Shown: positions 41,601-53,205 of the stretch, piece by piece | Layout of the letters: the number at the start of each line of letters is the position of its first letter | How positions within the stretch are numbered: position 1 is the first letter of the stretch | Assembly (NCBI GenBank): GCA_964016885.1 | Contig: OZ024747.1 | Span: forward strand, 81,530,001-81,594,000 | Length of the DNA stretch: 64,000 nt | Direction of reading: 5' to 3' | Origin: Eledone cirrhosa | Taxonomy: Eukaryota | Translations under genes and position numbers: made by a program | The notes under the pieces: generated by a model | Databases searched by the model: none | What the model saw: the letters and a program-made list of their open reading frames with translations, nothing else | What the model was told of the DNA's origin: nothing

Positions 41601-43139
41601 CAGAATGAGGAGGATGGTGGTGAACAGAATGAGGAGGAAGATGGTGAACCGAATGAGGAGGATGATGGTGAACAGAATGAGGAGGATGATGGTGAACAGA
41701 ATGAGGAGGATGGTGGTGAACAGAATGAGGAGGATGGTGGTGAACAGAATGAGGAGGATGATGGTGAACAGAATGAGGAGGAGGGTGGTGAACAGAATGA
41801 GGTGGAAGATGGTGAACAGAATGAGGAGGATGATGGTGAACAGAATGAGGAGAAAGATGGTGAACAGAATGAGGAGGATGGTGGTGAACAGAATGAGGAG
41901 GATGGTGGTGAACAGAATGAGGAGGAAGATGGTGAACAGAATGAGGAGGAGGATGGTGAACATAATGAGGAGGAAGATGGTGAACAGAATGAGGAGGAAG
42001 ATGGTGAACAGAATGAGGAGGATGGTGGTGAACAGAATGAGGAGGATGGTGGTGAACAGAATGAGGAGGAAGATGGTGAACAGAATGAGGAGGATGGTGG
42101 TGAACAGAATGAGGAGGATGGTGGTGAACAGAATGAGGAGGAAGATGGTGAACAGAATGAGGAGGAGGATGGTGAACAGAATGAGGGGGAAGATGGTGAA
42201 CAGAATGAGGAGGATGGTGGTGAACAGAATGAGGAGGATGATGGTGAACAGAATTAGGAGGATTATGGTGAACAGAATGAGGAGGAAGATGGTGAACAGA
42301 ATGAGGAGGAAGATGAACAAGATGAGGATGATGGTGAACAGAATGAGGAAGATGGTGAACAGAATGAGGAGGAAGATGGTGAACAGAATGAGGAGGATGA
42401 TGGTGAACAGAATGAGGAGGAAGATGGTGAACAGAATGAGGAGGAAGATGGTGAACAGAATGAGGAGGAGGATGGTGAACAGAATGAGGAGGAAGATGGT
42501 GAACAGAATGAGGAGGAAGATGGTGAACAGAATGAGGAGGAAGATGGTGAACAGAATGAGGAGGAGGATGGTGAACAGAATGAGGAGGATGATGGTGAAC
42601 AGAATGAGGAGGATGGTGGTGAACAGAATGAGGAGGAAGATGGTGAACAGAATGAGGAGGAAGATGGTGAACAGAATGAGGAGGAAGATGGTGAACAGAA
42701 TGAGGAGGAAGATGGTGAACAGAATGAGGAGGATGATGGTGAACAGAATGAGGAGGAAGATGGTGAACAGAATGAGGAGGAGGATGGTGAACAGAATGAG
42801 GAGGAAGATGGTGAACAGAATGAGGAGGATGGTGGTGAACAGAATGAGGAGGAAGATGGTGAACTGAATGAGGAGGAAGATGGTGAACAGAATGAGGAGG
42901 AAGATGAACAAGATGAGGAGGAAGATGAACAATATGAGGAGGAAGATGAACAAGATGAGGAGGAAGATGAACAAGATGAGGAGGAAGATGAACAAGATGA
43001 GGAGGAAGATGAACAAGATGAGGAGGAAGATGAACAAGATGAGGAGGAAGATGAACAAGATGAGGAGGAAGATGAACAAGATGAACAAGATGAGGAGGAA
43101 GATGAACAAGATGAGAAGGATGAGGAGGAACAGGATGAC
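17609..43139. repeat. giant 24-bp minisatellite (GATGGTGAACAGAATGAGGAGGAR)n, ~25.5 kb
   Basis: Continuous tandem array with variant units, higher-order repeats and a 21-bp unit GATGAACAAGATGAGGAGGAA at about 42903-43110. Confidence 0.98.
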
Positions 43140-43649
43140 AACAAATTTTCGTTCCTTTTCATAATCAAAATTTCCCTTCTTCGAAAGCATTTGAATTTAT
43201 TTAGAAATGTTATGTGAAATCTAATGCTGGCATGTTACATAAAAATGTAAGTGAGATGTCAAAATGTGAAATATTTTAAAATATTTAATTGTAATAGGTA
43301 TTGAAACAGGAAATGCATCGTCCTAGCTTACAATGAAACATAATTTGGTAATATTTTAGTTATTTATCTATATAATTTTTTGTTTTAGAAATCTTAAAAG
43401 TAAAAAAATATCTACACAAAATATTTAAGATACTGTCAGAATTGTTCTCACTACACTTGTTAAAAGAAGTTCACAACATATAGGTAAATATACTTAAATA
43501 TCAGACTGAGAAAATGTTTTCTGTGTCTATGAGAGTAAACAGAATAAGAAAGGCCTCCAGGCAGCCAGATAAGCAGATACGACATATTAAGAAATTCGTA
43601 GTTGTGCGGATCACAACACAAATGCACATATATTTCGCCTTTTGCATAA

Positions 43650-44109
43650 GTAATATGCAGCAATACAGAAGACCCACCTTCCCATGGGCACAGGCTGAAG
43701 CTGAAGCATACATATATATTATATGCTTCACCCCTGTCCTACCCTCCCATACATCTCTCATGAGGACAGGCTGTAGAATACATCTAGTAAAGCCTGCAGC
43801 CCACATGTGGTTGTGATGGTGACAAAACAAAAAATGCCCAACCCACACTGTAAAGTGGTCATGATGGTGACATGGCAAAAAGCACCCAGCCCACACTGTA
43901 ATGTGGTTGCGTAGGTGTCATGACCAAAATGACCCAGCATACACTGTAAATGTGGTTGGCATTAGGAAGGGCATCCAGCTGTAGACACTGAGTCAGAAAC
44001 AGTTCTGTGTGAGCAAAAAACGGTCACTGGACCCAACTTGCATCAAATGGTACAACCCATCTAACCCATGCTAGCATGGAAAAATGGATGTTAAATGGTG
44101 ATGATGATG
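43650..44109 (+). mobile_element. older, diverged copy of the RTE/SINE-core composite element
   Basis: GCAGCAATACAGAAGACCCACCTTCCCATGGG..GCTGAAGCATA matches 49341-49390. It also has tandem CCCAGCCCACACTGTAAAGTGG subrepeats, the AGGAAGGGCATCCAGCTGT core and a (GAT)n tail. Confidence 0.7.
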
Positions 44110-45974
44110 AATTTTATCAGGGATATACTGATAGAAAAACAGTAAGTAACAGACATAAATATGGATTAACTGTTTTTGTTAGCATATTTCTGATGCCTAT
44201 GATTTTCAAAGAATTTTGAGAATAATCAAGAATATTTAGTAATATAACATTCTCATTATAAAGCTGGCGTTTGAGACATACGTTTTTTTTTTTACATAAA
44301 TTTATGATAGAAAGAGCTTAGATAAATATATCTGTTTTAAAATGAATAGTTTTGGATCACAGAATCTGGCAGGTGGATTCCAGCAGTTTGGTGTCAATAT
44401 AGAGAGTAAGTATTAAAACTACAGATGTAACTTGCAAGTGAGTATCATTTCTATGTGTATGAGAGTAAATAGAAGAGGCTATCATTAAGACAGGCAGATA
44501 GACAAGTAGATACATATACATAAATGAGAGTTACATAGATATGGGGAGCACTACTCAAATAAACATATAGTTCTCCTCTTGCACTCTACTGTTCCTGTCT
44601 GTGTTGCTATAAGTTTAGTTGATGTTGCAGAGCAAGGATTAACTCTGTTGAAGCATGATAGATCTGATAGCTTAAATTTTGATTTAGGGTTGGTAAGCCT
44701 GAAAAGTTGGTATGTTTTAGATGCTTTTCTGAATACGCATATATTCTGCTTTATGTTGTTCGGAAACATGAAATTGTTTTTTATGGTGAAGGCCATGGGT
44801 AGATTCCCAGATTTAATGAATGCTTTGTGTCTTTGAGCAAGGCACTTTATTTCACATTGCTTCAATGTAACTTGAGCTAACTTAGCAGAGACCTTGATTT
44901 TGCTAATGATATTGTTCTCTTGAATTTTGCTTACATGTAATTTGTAGATCAAACCAAATGGAATTGTGGTCTTCTTGGCATTAACCATTTAATCCCTTCT
45001 TATTACATTGAAGGAAATGGTGTTTTTATGTGAACCTTTCCCTACTGGCATGAGTTGGATATTTTAAGACAATGTTTTATAGCCAGTTGTCCTTCCTGAT
45101 GCCAACACTTTTACTCACTTCTTAATACATACATAGATACGTGTACTAAAACTTGGGGTACACAAAGAGGAGAAATAAATCCCAAACTTTGGAGCAACAA
45201 ATACTAATAGGACCACTCAACGATTGAACTACTCTGTTGTTTCTGTTTCAGATCAGATAACAACACACTGACAAACATATTTTCCTTCATAAAGGGGAAA
45301 AATAAATAAATAAAAATCTAAGAAAGAAAACTGCTTTGAATTCAATATTTTTTCTATAATGATTCAAAACTTTTCTTAAAATATTTTGATTGAATCCAAT
45401 AGTGGGATGAGGAAAGAATAAATAAGTCAATATGACTGGGAGGAAAGTAGTTAAAAAACGAAATGTTAGCAAAAGATAAGGAGAAAAAAAATGACCTGAC
45501 AATAAGACGAATACTTTTTTGATGGTTGCAGAGATATAATTTATCATAGAGAAAAATAGGTTGTAATTAGAGATTGAAATCACAACTCACATAAGTTCAG
45601 AGACATGTAATTTTTTTTCAGTAAGAATAGAACAATACAAATTTCAATTGCTGGTGTGTCTCTGTCAGAATTCATGATGATATGTATTAAAATTTCTGTG
45701 TAACTATATATATCATCATAGTTTGAATATGAAACTCCTAACTTACATTACATCTGATGCTATATGTAGGTGTGTGTAGACGGAGACATCTGTATGAGAA
45801 TTAAAAATGTTAAAAATAAATATCTATATGTGTGAGGGGTGTGTAAAACTTGCAGAATATATATATATATATGTTTGTGTATGTGGCGAAGGTGTGGAAA
45901 ACTCTTCTTTGTGTGTGTCCCTGTCTTCTTCATGAAACATTGAGCAATGTTACATAACAATGGCTGAATGCACA

Positions 45975-45984
45975 CACATATACA

Positions 45985-46039
<55 letters not shown>

Positions 46040-46179
46040 TCATATATATACATATATATATACACTCATATATATACATATATATATATACATTCATATA
46101 TATACATATATACATTCATATATATATATATATACGTTCATATATATATATATATAAATATATACATTCATATATACAC

Positions 46180-46210
<31 letters not shown>

Positions 46211-46255
46211 CATTCATATATATATATATATAAATATATACATTCATATATACAC

Positions 46256-46288
<33 letters not shown>

Positions 46289-46546
46289 CATTCATATATA
46301 CACATATATATATATATATACATTCATATATACACATATATATATACATTCATATATATGCATATATATATACATATATATATACATTCATATATATACA
46401 TATATATATATACATGCATATATATATATATACATGCATATATATATATATATATACATTCATATATACATTCATATATATATACATTCATATATATATA
46501 TATATATATAAATATACATTCATATATATATACATTCATATATACA
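45975..46546. repeat. compound (TA)n microsatellite with recurring TACATTCA motif
   Basis: Seen directly; the same motif recurs at 46820-46854, 49013-49064 and 49970-50108. Confidence 0.9.
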
Positions 46547-46818
46547 TCGCAAGGTGGTCGTGGAGGTGCCACGGCAAAAAAGCACCCAGCCCACACTGTA
46601 AAGTGGATGTGTAGGCGCCACGAAAAAGCACCCAGCACTCACTGTAAATGAGGTTGGTGTTAGGAAGGGCATCCAGCTGTAGAAATCAAGCCAGATCAGT
46701 TCCTGTATGAGCAAGGCATGGTCAGCCGACCAGACACTGCACACAACAGGACAACCCGTCTAACCCATGCTAGCGTGGAAGAACGGACGTAAAACGGTGA
46801 TGATGATGATGATGATGA
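46547..46818 (+). mobile_element. 5'-truncated composite element / family B
   Basis: Nearly identical to 49416-49684. Confidence 0.85.
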
Positions 46819-46854
46819 TTCATTTATATATATATATATATATACATTCATATA

Positions 46855-49014
46855 TCATCATCATCATCATTTTACGTCTGCTTTTCCCTGCTTGCAAGGG
46901 TGGGACGGGTCTTATTCAGCACAGCATCTCTCCACTCATCACGGTCCCTCGTCATCTCCACCGTGAGCTTCAATGATCTGAGGTCTGTTCTCACCACCTC
47001 CACCCATGTTTTTCGTAGTCTACCTCTACCACGTCTTCCTTCAACTGGCAATTCCTGGCACTTCTTCACCCATCGGTCATCCTCCATATGCATCACATGT
47101 CCATACCACCTCAGTCTCCTCTCCCGTACACTACATTCTATCCCTCTCAGACACAGTTTCTCTCTCAACACATTTATGCTGGGTCGTTCACGCACATTTA
47201 CACTGCACATCCAACGGAGCATGCTTGCCTCATTTCTCTCCAGCCGTCACATATCCTCTGCAGTTGCTGCCCATGTCTCACTACCATACAGCATCGCGCT
47301 CCTCACAGAGGCATCATACAACCGGCCTTTCGTATGCAGGGAGAAACCCTTCTTCGTCAACAGAGGAAGCAGCTCCCTAAACTTCTTCCAACCCGTCCTT
47401 ATTCTAGATACTATGGCCTCGGAACACCCTCCTCCCCTGCTAATCTGATCTCCTAGGTACCGGAAGCTATTCACCACTTCTATAGCGACCTCTTGCATTT
47501 GAAAAATGTGTCTATCAGTGCGACTTCTACTGTCTAATTTCCCTGTACATCTACTGCATACATATTTCTCCCTACCTGTTAGTTTGCCTGCTACATCTCT
47601 TGTGTACTCTTGTGTGCATTTTATAGAATTTATGCCAGTTCCTTTTCTGCATATCGAACATGGCCATTTCCCTGGCGGAATCAGGGTTTTGTCCTCTTTT
47701 CTACTCATCAACACTTTTGTCTTAGCTAGATTCACTCTCAGTCCTCTTGCTTCCAACTGCTGTTTCCATAGCCGGAATTTATTCTCTAGCTCCTCTACTG
47801 ATTCTGCTATAAGAACCAGATCGTCAGCATAGAGAAGTTCCCATGGACAGCCAGTCTTAAACTCCTCTGTTATGGCTTGGAGGACTATAATGAACAAGAG
47901 CGGGCTGAGGACCGAACCCTGATGTACTCCTACTTGTATCTGGAATTCCTCACTAAACTCCATTCCTACCCTGACTTTACTGAGAGTACCTCTGTACAAA
48001 GTTTGCACTGTCCTCACAAGCCATTCCTCAACACCTAGCTTCCTTAGGGACCACCAGATGACAGATCGGGGTACCCTATCAAAGGCCTTCTCTAGGTCAA
48101 CAAAGGCTAAGTATAGTGGCTTATTCTTCTCTAAGAACCTCTCTTGCAATTGTCTCACCAAGAAGAGGGCATCTGTTGTACTCTTCCCAGGCACAAAACC
48201 AAACTGCATCTCATCTAGTTTGACCCTTTCTCTAATTAGTTGTGCTAAAATCCTTTCTGCCACTTTCATAACCTGATCTATCAGTTTTATACCCCTATAA
48301 TTGCTCCTCTCCAAAGCATCCCCTTTACCTTTGTAGCAATTTATGAGAATACTGCTGCACCAGTTTAGTGCCTACGTCCCCTGATACCTTCAGCATCTCA
48401 GCAACTATTCCCGATGGTCCGGCAGCCTTACCATTTTTCATTTCCCTAATCGCCTCTTGGACCCTATATTCGTCAATCTCAATAGCTGGTCCCTCTGTCG
48501 GATCCACCAAGGGTAATTTCTCTCTCTCCCATTCGTTCTCCACATTCATCAGTCTCTCATAATGACATTTCCAGGCCTCCTTTTTCTGGTCATTCGTGAC
48601 ACTAAGTACACCGACATCATCCCGGACACATTTATCTCCAACAACATCCTGATTTGCATTGACACACTGCCTTGCAATGTGGAACACCGCACGCCTCTGA
48701 TCTTCCCATCGCAGAACATTGGCAAACCTCCTACTCTCTTCCTCCCTGCGTGCTAAGTACACCTGACGTCTAGCTTCTCTCTTAGTGGCTGTATATTCTT
48801 CCCTACTCCCACCCTTTTTTCCAAGCCTTCCATGCTAGTCTTTTGTCTCTAATAGCCTTATCTACTGTGCTGTTCCACCACCAGGTCACTCTCTGTTTGG
48901 TTGGAGCTCTGCTCCAGCCACAGGTTTCATCAGTAGCCTGCAGCAAGTTGTCACGTAAGAAATTCCAGTTATTATCTATGTCATACATCTCTAAATCGTC
49001 TTCTTTTTCGTCAT
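46855..49014 (-). mobile_element. 5'-truncated RTE-clade LINE with reverse transcriptase (frameshifted, inactive)
   Basis: Consecutive ORFs read WWWN.., KAAGPSGIVAEMLK, NYRGIKL..QFGFVPGKSTTDA..FVDLEKAFDRVPR..GVHQGSVLSPLLF..LLYADD..FRYLG..MLYGSETW and RRLRWYGHV..KTW, followed by a (TGA)n tail. Confidence 0.95.
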
Positions 49015-49064
49015 ATACATTCATATATATATATATATATACATTCATATATATATATACATTC

Positions 49065-49684
49065 AGTAATATACGTGAACGACAAAGCATAAAGGAATTG
49101 AGAGAGAGACTGAGCATAAGAGGAATCAAATGCTGCGTGCAGGAGAGGCGGTTACGCTGGTATGGACATGTGATGCGTATGAAGGATGACAGCTGCATAA
49201 AAAGGTGCAGAGCACTAGAAGTTGATGGAAACCGCGGAGTGGGGAGACCCAAGATGACTTGGGATGAGGTGATAAAAGCCGACCTTACCCAACTACACCT
49301 CTCAAAGTCAATGACACACGACCGTGACTTCTGGCGTCACGCAGTAATACAGGGTACCCGACCTCCCATGGGTACATGCTGAAGCATATAAACAATATGC
49401 CCCCACTCCCCCCACCGCAAGGTGGTCGTGGAGGTGCCACGGCAAAAAAGCACCCAGCCCACACTGTAAAGTGGACGTGTAGGCGCCACGAAAAAGCACC
49501 CAGCACTCACTGTAAATGAGGTTGGTGTTAGGAAGGGCATCCAGCTGTAGAAATCAAGCCAGATCAGTTCCTGTATGAGCAAGGCATGGTCAGCCGACCA
49601 GACACTGCCCACAACAGGACAACCCGTCTAACCCATGCTAGCGTGGAAGAACGGACGTAAAACGGTGATGATGATGATGATGAT
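49065..49684 (+). mobile_element. composite element: RTE ORF C-terminus + subrepeats + SINE core + RTE-like tail
   Basis: NIRERQSIKELRERLSIRGIKCCVQERRLRWYGHVMRM..RPKMTWDEVIKADL..GTC* is followed by family-B sequence; near-identical to 58160-58760. Confidence 0.85.
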
Positions 49685-49966
49685 TCATATATATAGAATA
49701 AGGAAAATCGTAGTAGTTTCAGATGTTCAAGTCCTTTAATAATAATTGTTTCTACTTTAGGCACAAGGCCAGCAATTACCCAGTGCAGATGACACTGGCC
49801 ACACTGTTCTGTGTGCGAGTGTCGTGTCATCATCAGACAGCTTGTTACATAATAAGGTTATGTTTCCGAGGCAATCCAAATTGAATCGACATGGGAACGG
49901 ATGAAGTTCGTGCTTTTGGGTTTTTCATCCGTTCCCTTGTGAGTACCAATTGACCCCCACCGGCCT

Positions 49967-50006
<40 letters not shown>

Positions 50007-51418
50007 TCATATATATATATATATATATTCATATATATATATATATATATATACATTCATATATATATATATATATATATACATTCACACATATATATAT
50101 ACACACACATGTATCCAGATTTCAGATTTTATCCAGGTGAAATAAAGAAATAAATAAAATCTGGAAATAATATTAGACTCTATTGGAGTCAAGATAATTG
50201 CGGAAGTTTATATTTATAACCTACCAAACCAAAGAAACTTTGTCTGTTGTTCAGAGAAATTACATATTAAACTCATTAATTTGTTATATAGTTGTATTTC
50301 CATAACTTCTGCATGTATGATGCATACCCGGATATGCAAACCTAACAAAATGCAACCTATATGTGCTGTAAAGTGGTTGGCATCAGGAAGGGCACCTAGC
50401 TATAAAACCATACCAAATTAGAATGTGTGGGCAAGATATGCCTATCTGACCTGTCTAACCAATGCAAAAGATTCTATGTATGTATGTTCTTCTGGTTTTA
50501 TAATTTCACAAAGTTTTACCAATAGACAGAGTCGGTTTCTAACATAGACACAAGACTCTCTCATTGGAATTTACACAACATCAACTAGGTAGATATGTAT
50601 GTATGCATGCATGTGTAGATATGGATGTTATTGTATGTGTGGATGTGTATGTTTTGAGTTGTGTGTGTGCATGTGTATATGCTTTGCATCTGTATATGTG
50701 TATATGCAGTTATTGTTATGTATGTATGTATGTATTACGTACGTACGATGTATGTATGTATGCGTGCATGCCTATTTACATATATGTAAGTAAGTGAGGT
50801 TACCTGTGAGTGCTACTTGTAACATGTAATCTACTATGAATTGTTATATGGTTGGGTCATCTGTGACTAAACCAGCTCCCCTGTACCAGGTTAACTCATT
50901 GAGGGTTGCTATACATCCAACATGATAAAAACAAGGCCAGTCAAATGATCATATGAATCCATTAGGGGCAACAGCTACCGTGTGATAGTAATATAGGTCG
51001 GGTACATAGAAATGCTCCAGATGGAGAAGAAGTAAGCTACAGGCCCAATGGATGTAAGGGGTATACTTGGATTCTTTAGACATTTTTGGGAGAAGGTCAC
51101 TCAAAATAAAGCTTGATCAGTCATGCCAATATAACTTTGGGTCAGAAACCATTTATAATACTCAACGATGTTTGTATTTGCTTAGATTTTGTGCTGCTGT
51201 GATTTTGTATATGGCTAATTAAGGCATTGAGAGTCTGTGCAAGCTATATCTTCCTTTTATTATAGATATCTTGCATATTACCCGCATAGAAGCAACAAGC
51301 ATTGCATGTTAATATAGAAAGTTCTGGCCCACTTATTTGTGTTGAACTATTCTGAAATTTTCTGACATCATTGAGTGAAAGAGTTATCTGCTCTTCACTT
51401 TGTGAACATTAAAAAGCA

Positions 51419-51775
51419 ATGGTCATAATCATTTTGATCTCCATGTGTCTAACACACGTGGACATGCCTACAAAATCAGAAAACAGCACAGCTCCCATGA
51501 CTTTCGTAGACATTTTTTCACGCTCAGAGTTGCTGAAGCATGGAACAAACTGCCTGCGTCAGTTGTTAGCTGCCGAGACACTGCATCCTTTAAGATACTC
51601 ATGCTTCCCGAAATACGCCAAAACTACACCTGATGTACCCCTTCCATACACATGCACACATGTGTGTATCATGACTTGTGCACTGTTCATTTTCCTGATG
51701 TTTGTGCATTGCCCTATGTACTGTACATGCACTTTTTGATGAGTTGTGGTGCACCTGGGCACTGTACACAATATT

Positions 51776-51810
<35 letters not shown>
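51419..51810 (+). mobile_element. CR1-clade LINE 3' end
   Basis: TRGHAYKIRKQ..RRHFFTLRVAEAWNKLP..VV...ASFK is the typical CR1 ORF2 C-terminus; the 3' UTR ends in (ATT)n. Confidence 0.85.
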
Positions 51811-51811
<1 letters not shown>

Positions 51812-51938
51812 CATGACTCATACACTGTTCATTTTCCTGACATTTGTACATTATTCTATGTACTATACATACACCTTTGATGAGTTGTAGTGCACCTGAT
51901 CACTGTACACAATAATTTCATTATTATTATTATTATTG
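51811..51938 (+). mobile_element. second, diverged copy of the CR1 3' UTR and tail
   Basis: Repeats 51669-51810 (TCATGACT..CACTGTTCATTTTCCTGA..GATGAGTTG..CACTGTACACAATA) with its own (ATT)n. Confidence 0.8.
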
Positions 51939-52882
51939 GTGAAAAAATGGTGCAGGCAAGCCTAGATCTTTGCAAAGGATTGACTCTTTCATAGATACAT
52001 GTATCTTTAGAGGACCATGTCCCTGCCAGCATTTGATGCATTCTCGGTGGCCTTGGTATTGTGAAGCTCACTTCAGTGTGTATGTATATATGGATGTATG
52101 TATGTATGTACTTATGTATGTATGTGCATCCACATGTATGTATATACATATGTATGAGTGTTTACATGTTAAGATAGCATACTATATATTTGCATGGGTT
52201 TATGAGGACTGTACAAGCTTCAGTATTTATATGTTTGAGATATAAAAGCAAATGTGGAAAGAATATCAATATGACAATACACATTGAATTATACAAGAAA
52301 GAAACACAAGTAAAATATGAATTTTTTGCTCAATATCTCAAGAATTTCAATGGCATTTTGTTCAAATCTACAAAATATAACGACTTTACAATTTAATTCT
52401 ACCTCTAAAAAATGGCAGATATATTATACAACATAAGATATTAAGAAGTACAATGAGCTTTAGTATTTTCTCTTGACAATATACATAGAAACACTCTTGA
52501 ATCTCTCTATATATGTGTATGCATGAATATATACATACACCTGTGTCTGAGTATGTTTTATGTACATAGCCAGTGCAATTTTGTATGTACATTTAGAATG
52601 AAAGTAACTCATTTGTTTTTTCAAAGATTTATACTTATAGATATCTACTACAGGTATCTCTCACAATCAAGTATGACTTTCCAGTATGTCCCTTGTTTTT
52701 GCTAAAAGTTTTAGGTGCTCATGCAGCCCTCTTGACTCTGCCACACTTGATCTAGCAGAACATCTAGAATGGAACAGCTAGAAGGAGAGTGGGTTGCACC
52801 AGCACGAGGCTGGTTATTTCTTTATCGACCCTGAAAGGATGAAAGGCAATGTTAACCTCAGCAGGGTATATATATATGTGTG

Positions 52883-52924
<42 letters not shown>

Positions 52925-53112
52925 ATATAGAAACACACAGATACATGCGGACACATACATATACATGAATATATCCACATATATCTTTGAATTAGTGGTG
53001 CCAACCTGGCATAATATGCCACGAAACTACGTAGTCGAGGAGTAAAGAAGGAGTTTGGGTATGATATATCTTATTATTAATTATATCTAATGTTTCTTCT
53101 CTCTTCATAATG

Positions 53113-53205
<93 letters not shown>

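Noticed and set aside
33206-42867. Reflectin-like or protamine-like protein (Met/Arg/Asn-rich frame)
   Set aside because: It lacks the Tyr/Asp/Pro content and the MD(X)5MD motif of reflectins. Fewer stops in this frame are expected from codon composition alone.
17609-43139. CRISPR array
   Set aside because: Head-to-tail units without unique spacers, no cas genes, and a eukaryotic context.
17131-43190. Giant minus-strand ORFs (7898, 4909, 2713 aa) as genes
   Set aside because: The minus unit has no stop in any frame, so the ORFs pass through frameshifts and switch peptide type. Their length is a by-product of repeat composition.
45760-46651. YI/HT-rich ORFs here and at 1613, 10711, 54754 and 58647
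   Set aside because: These are translations of (TA)n and (CA)n microsatellites.
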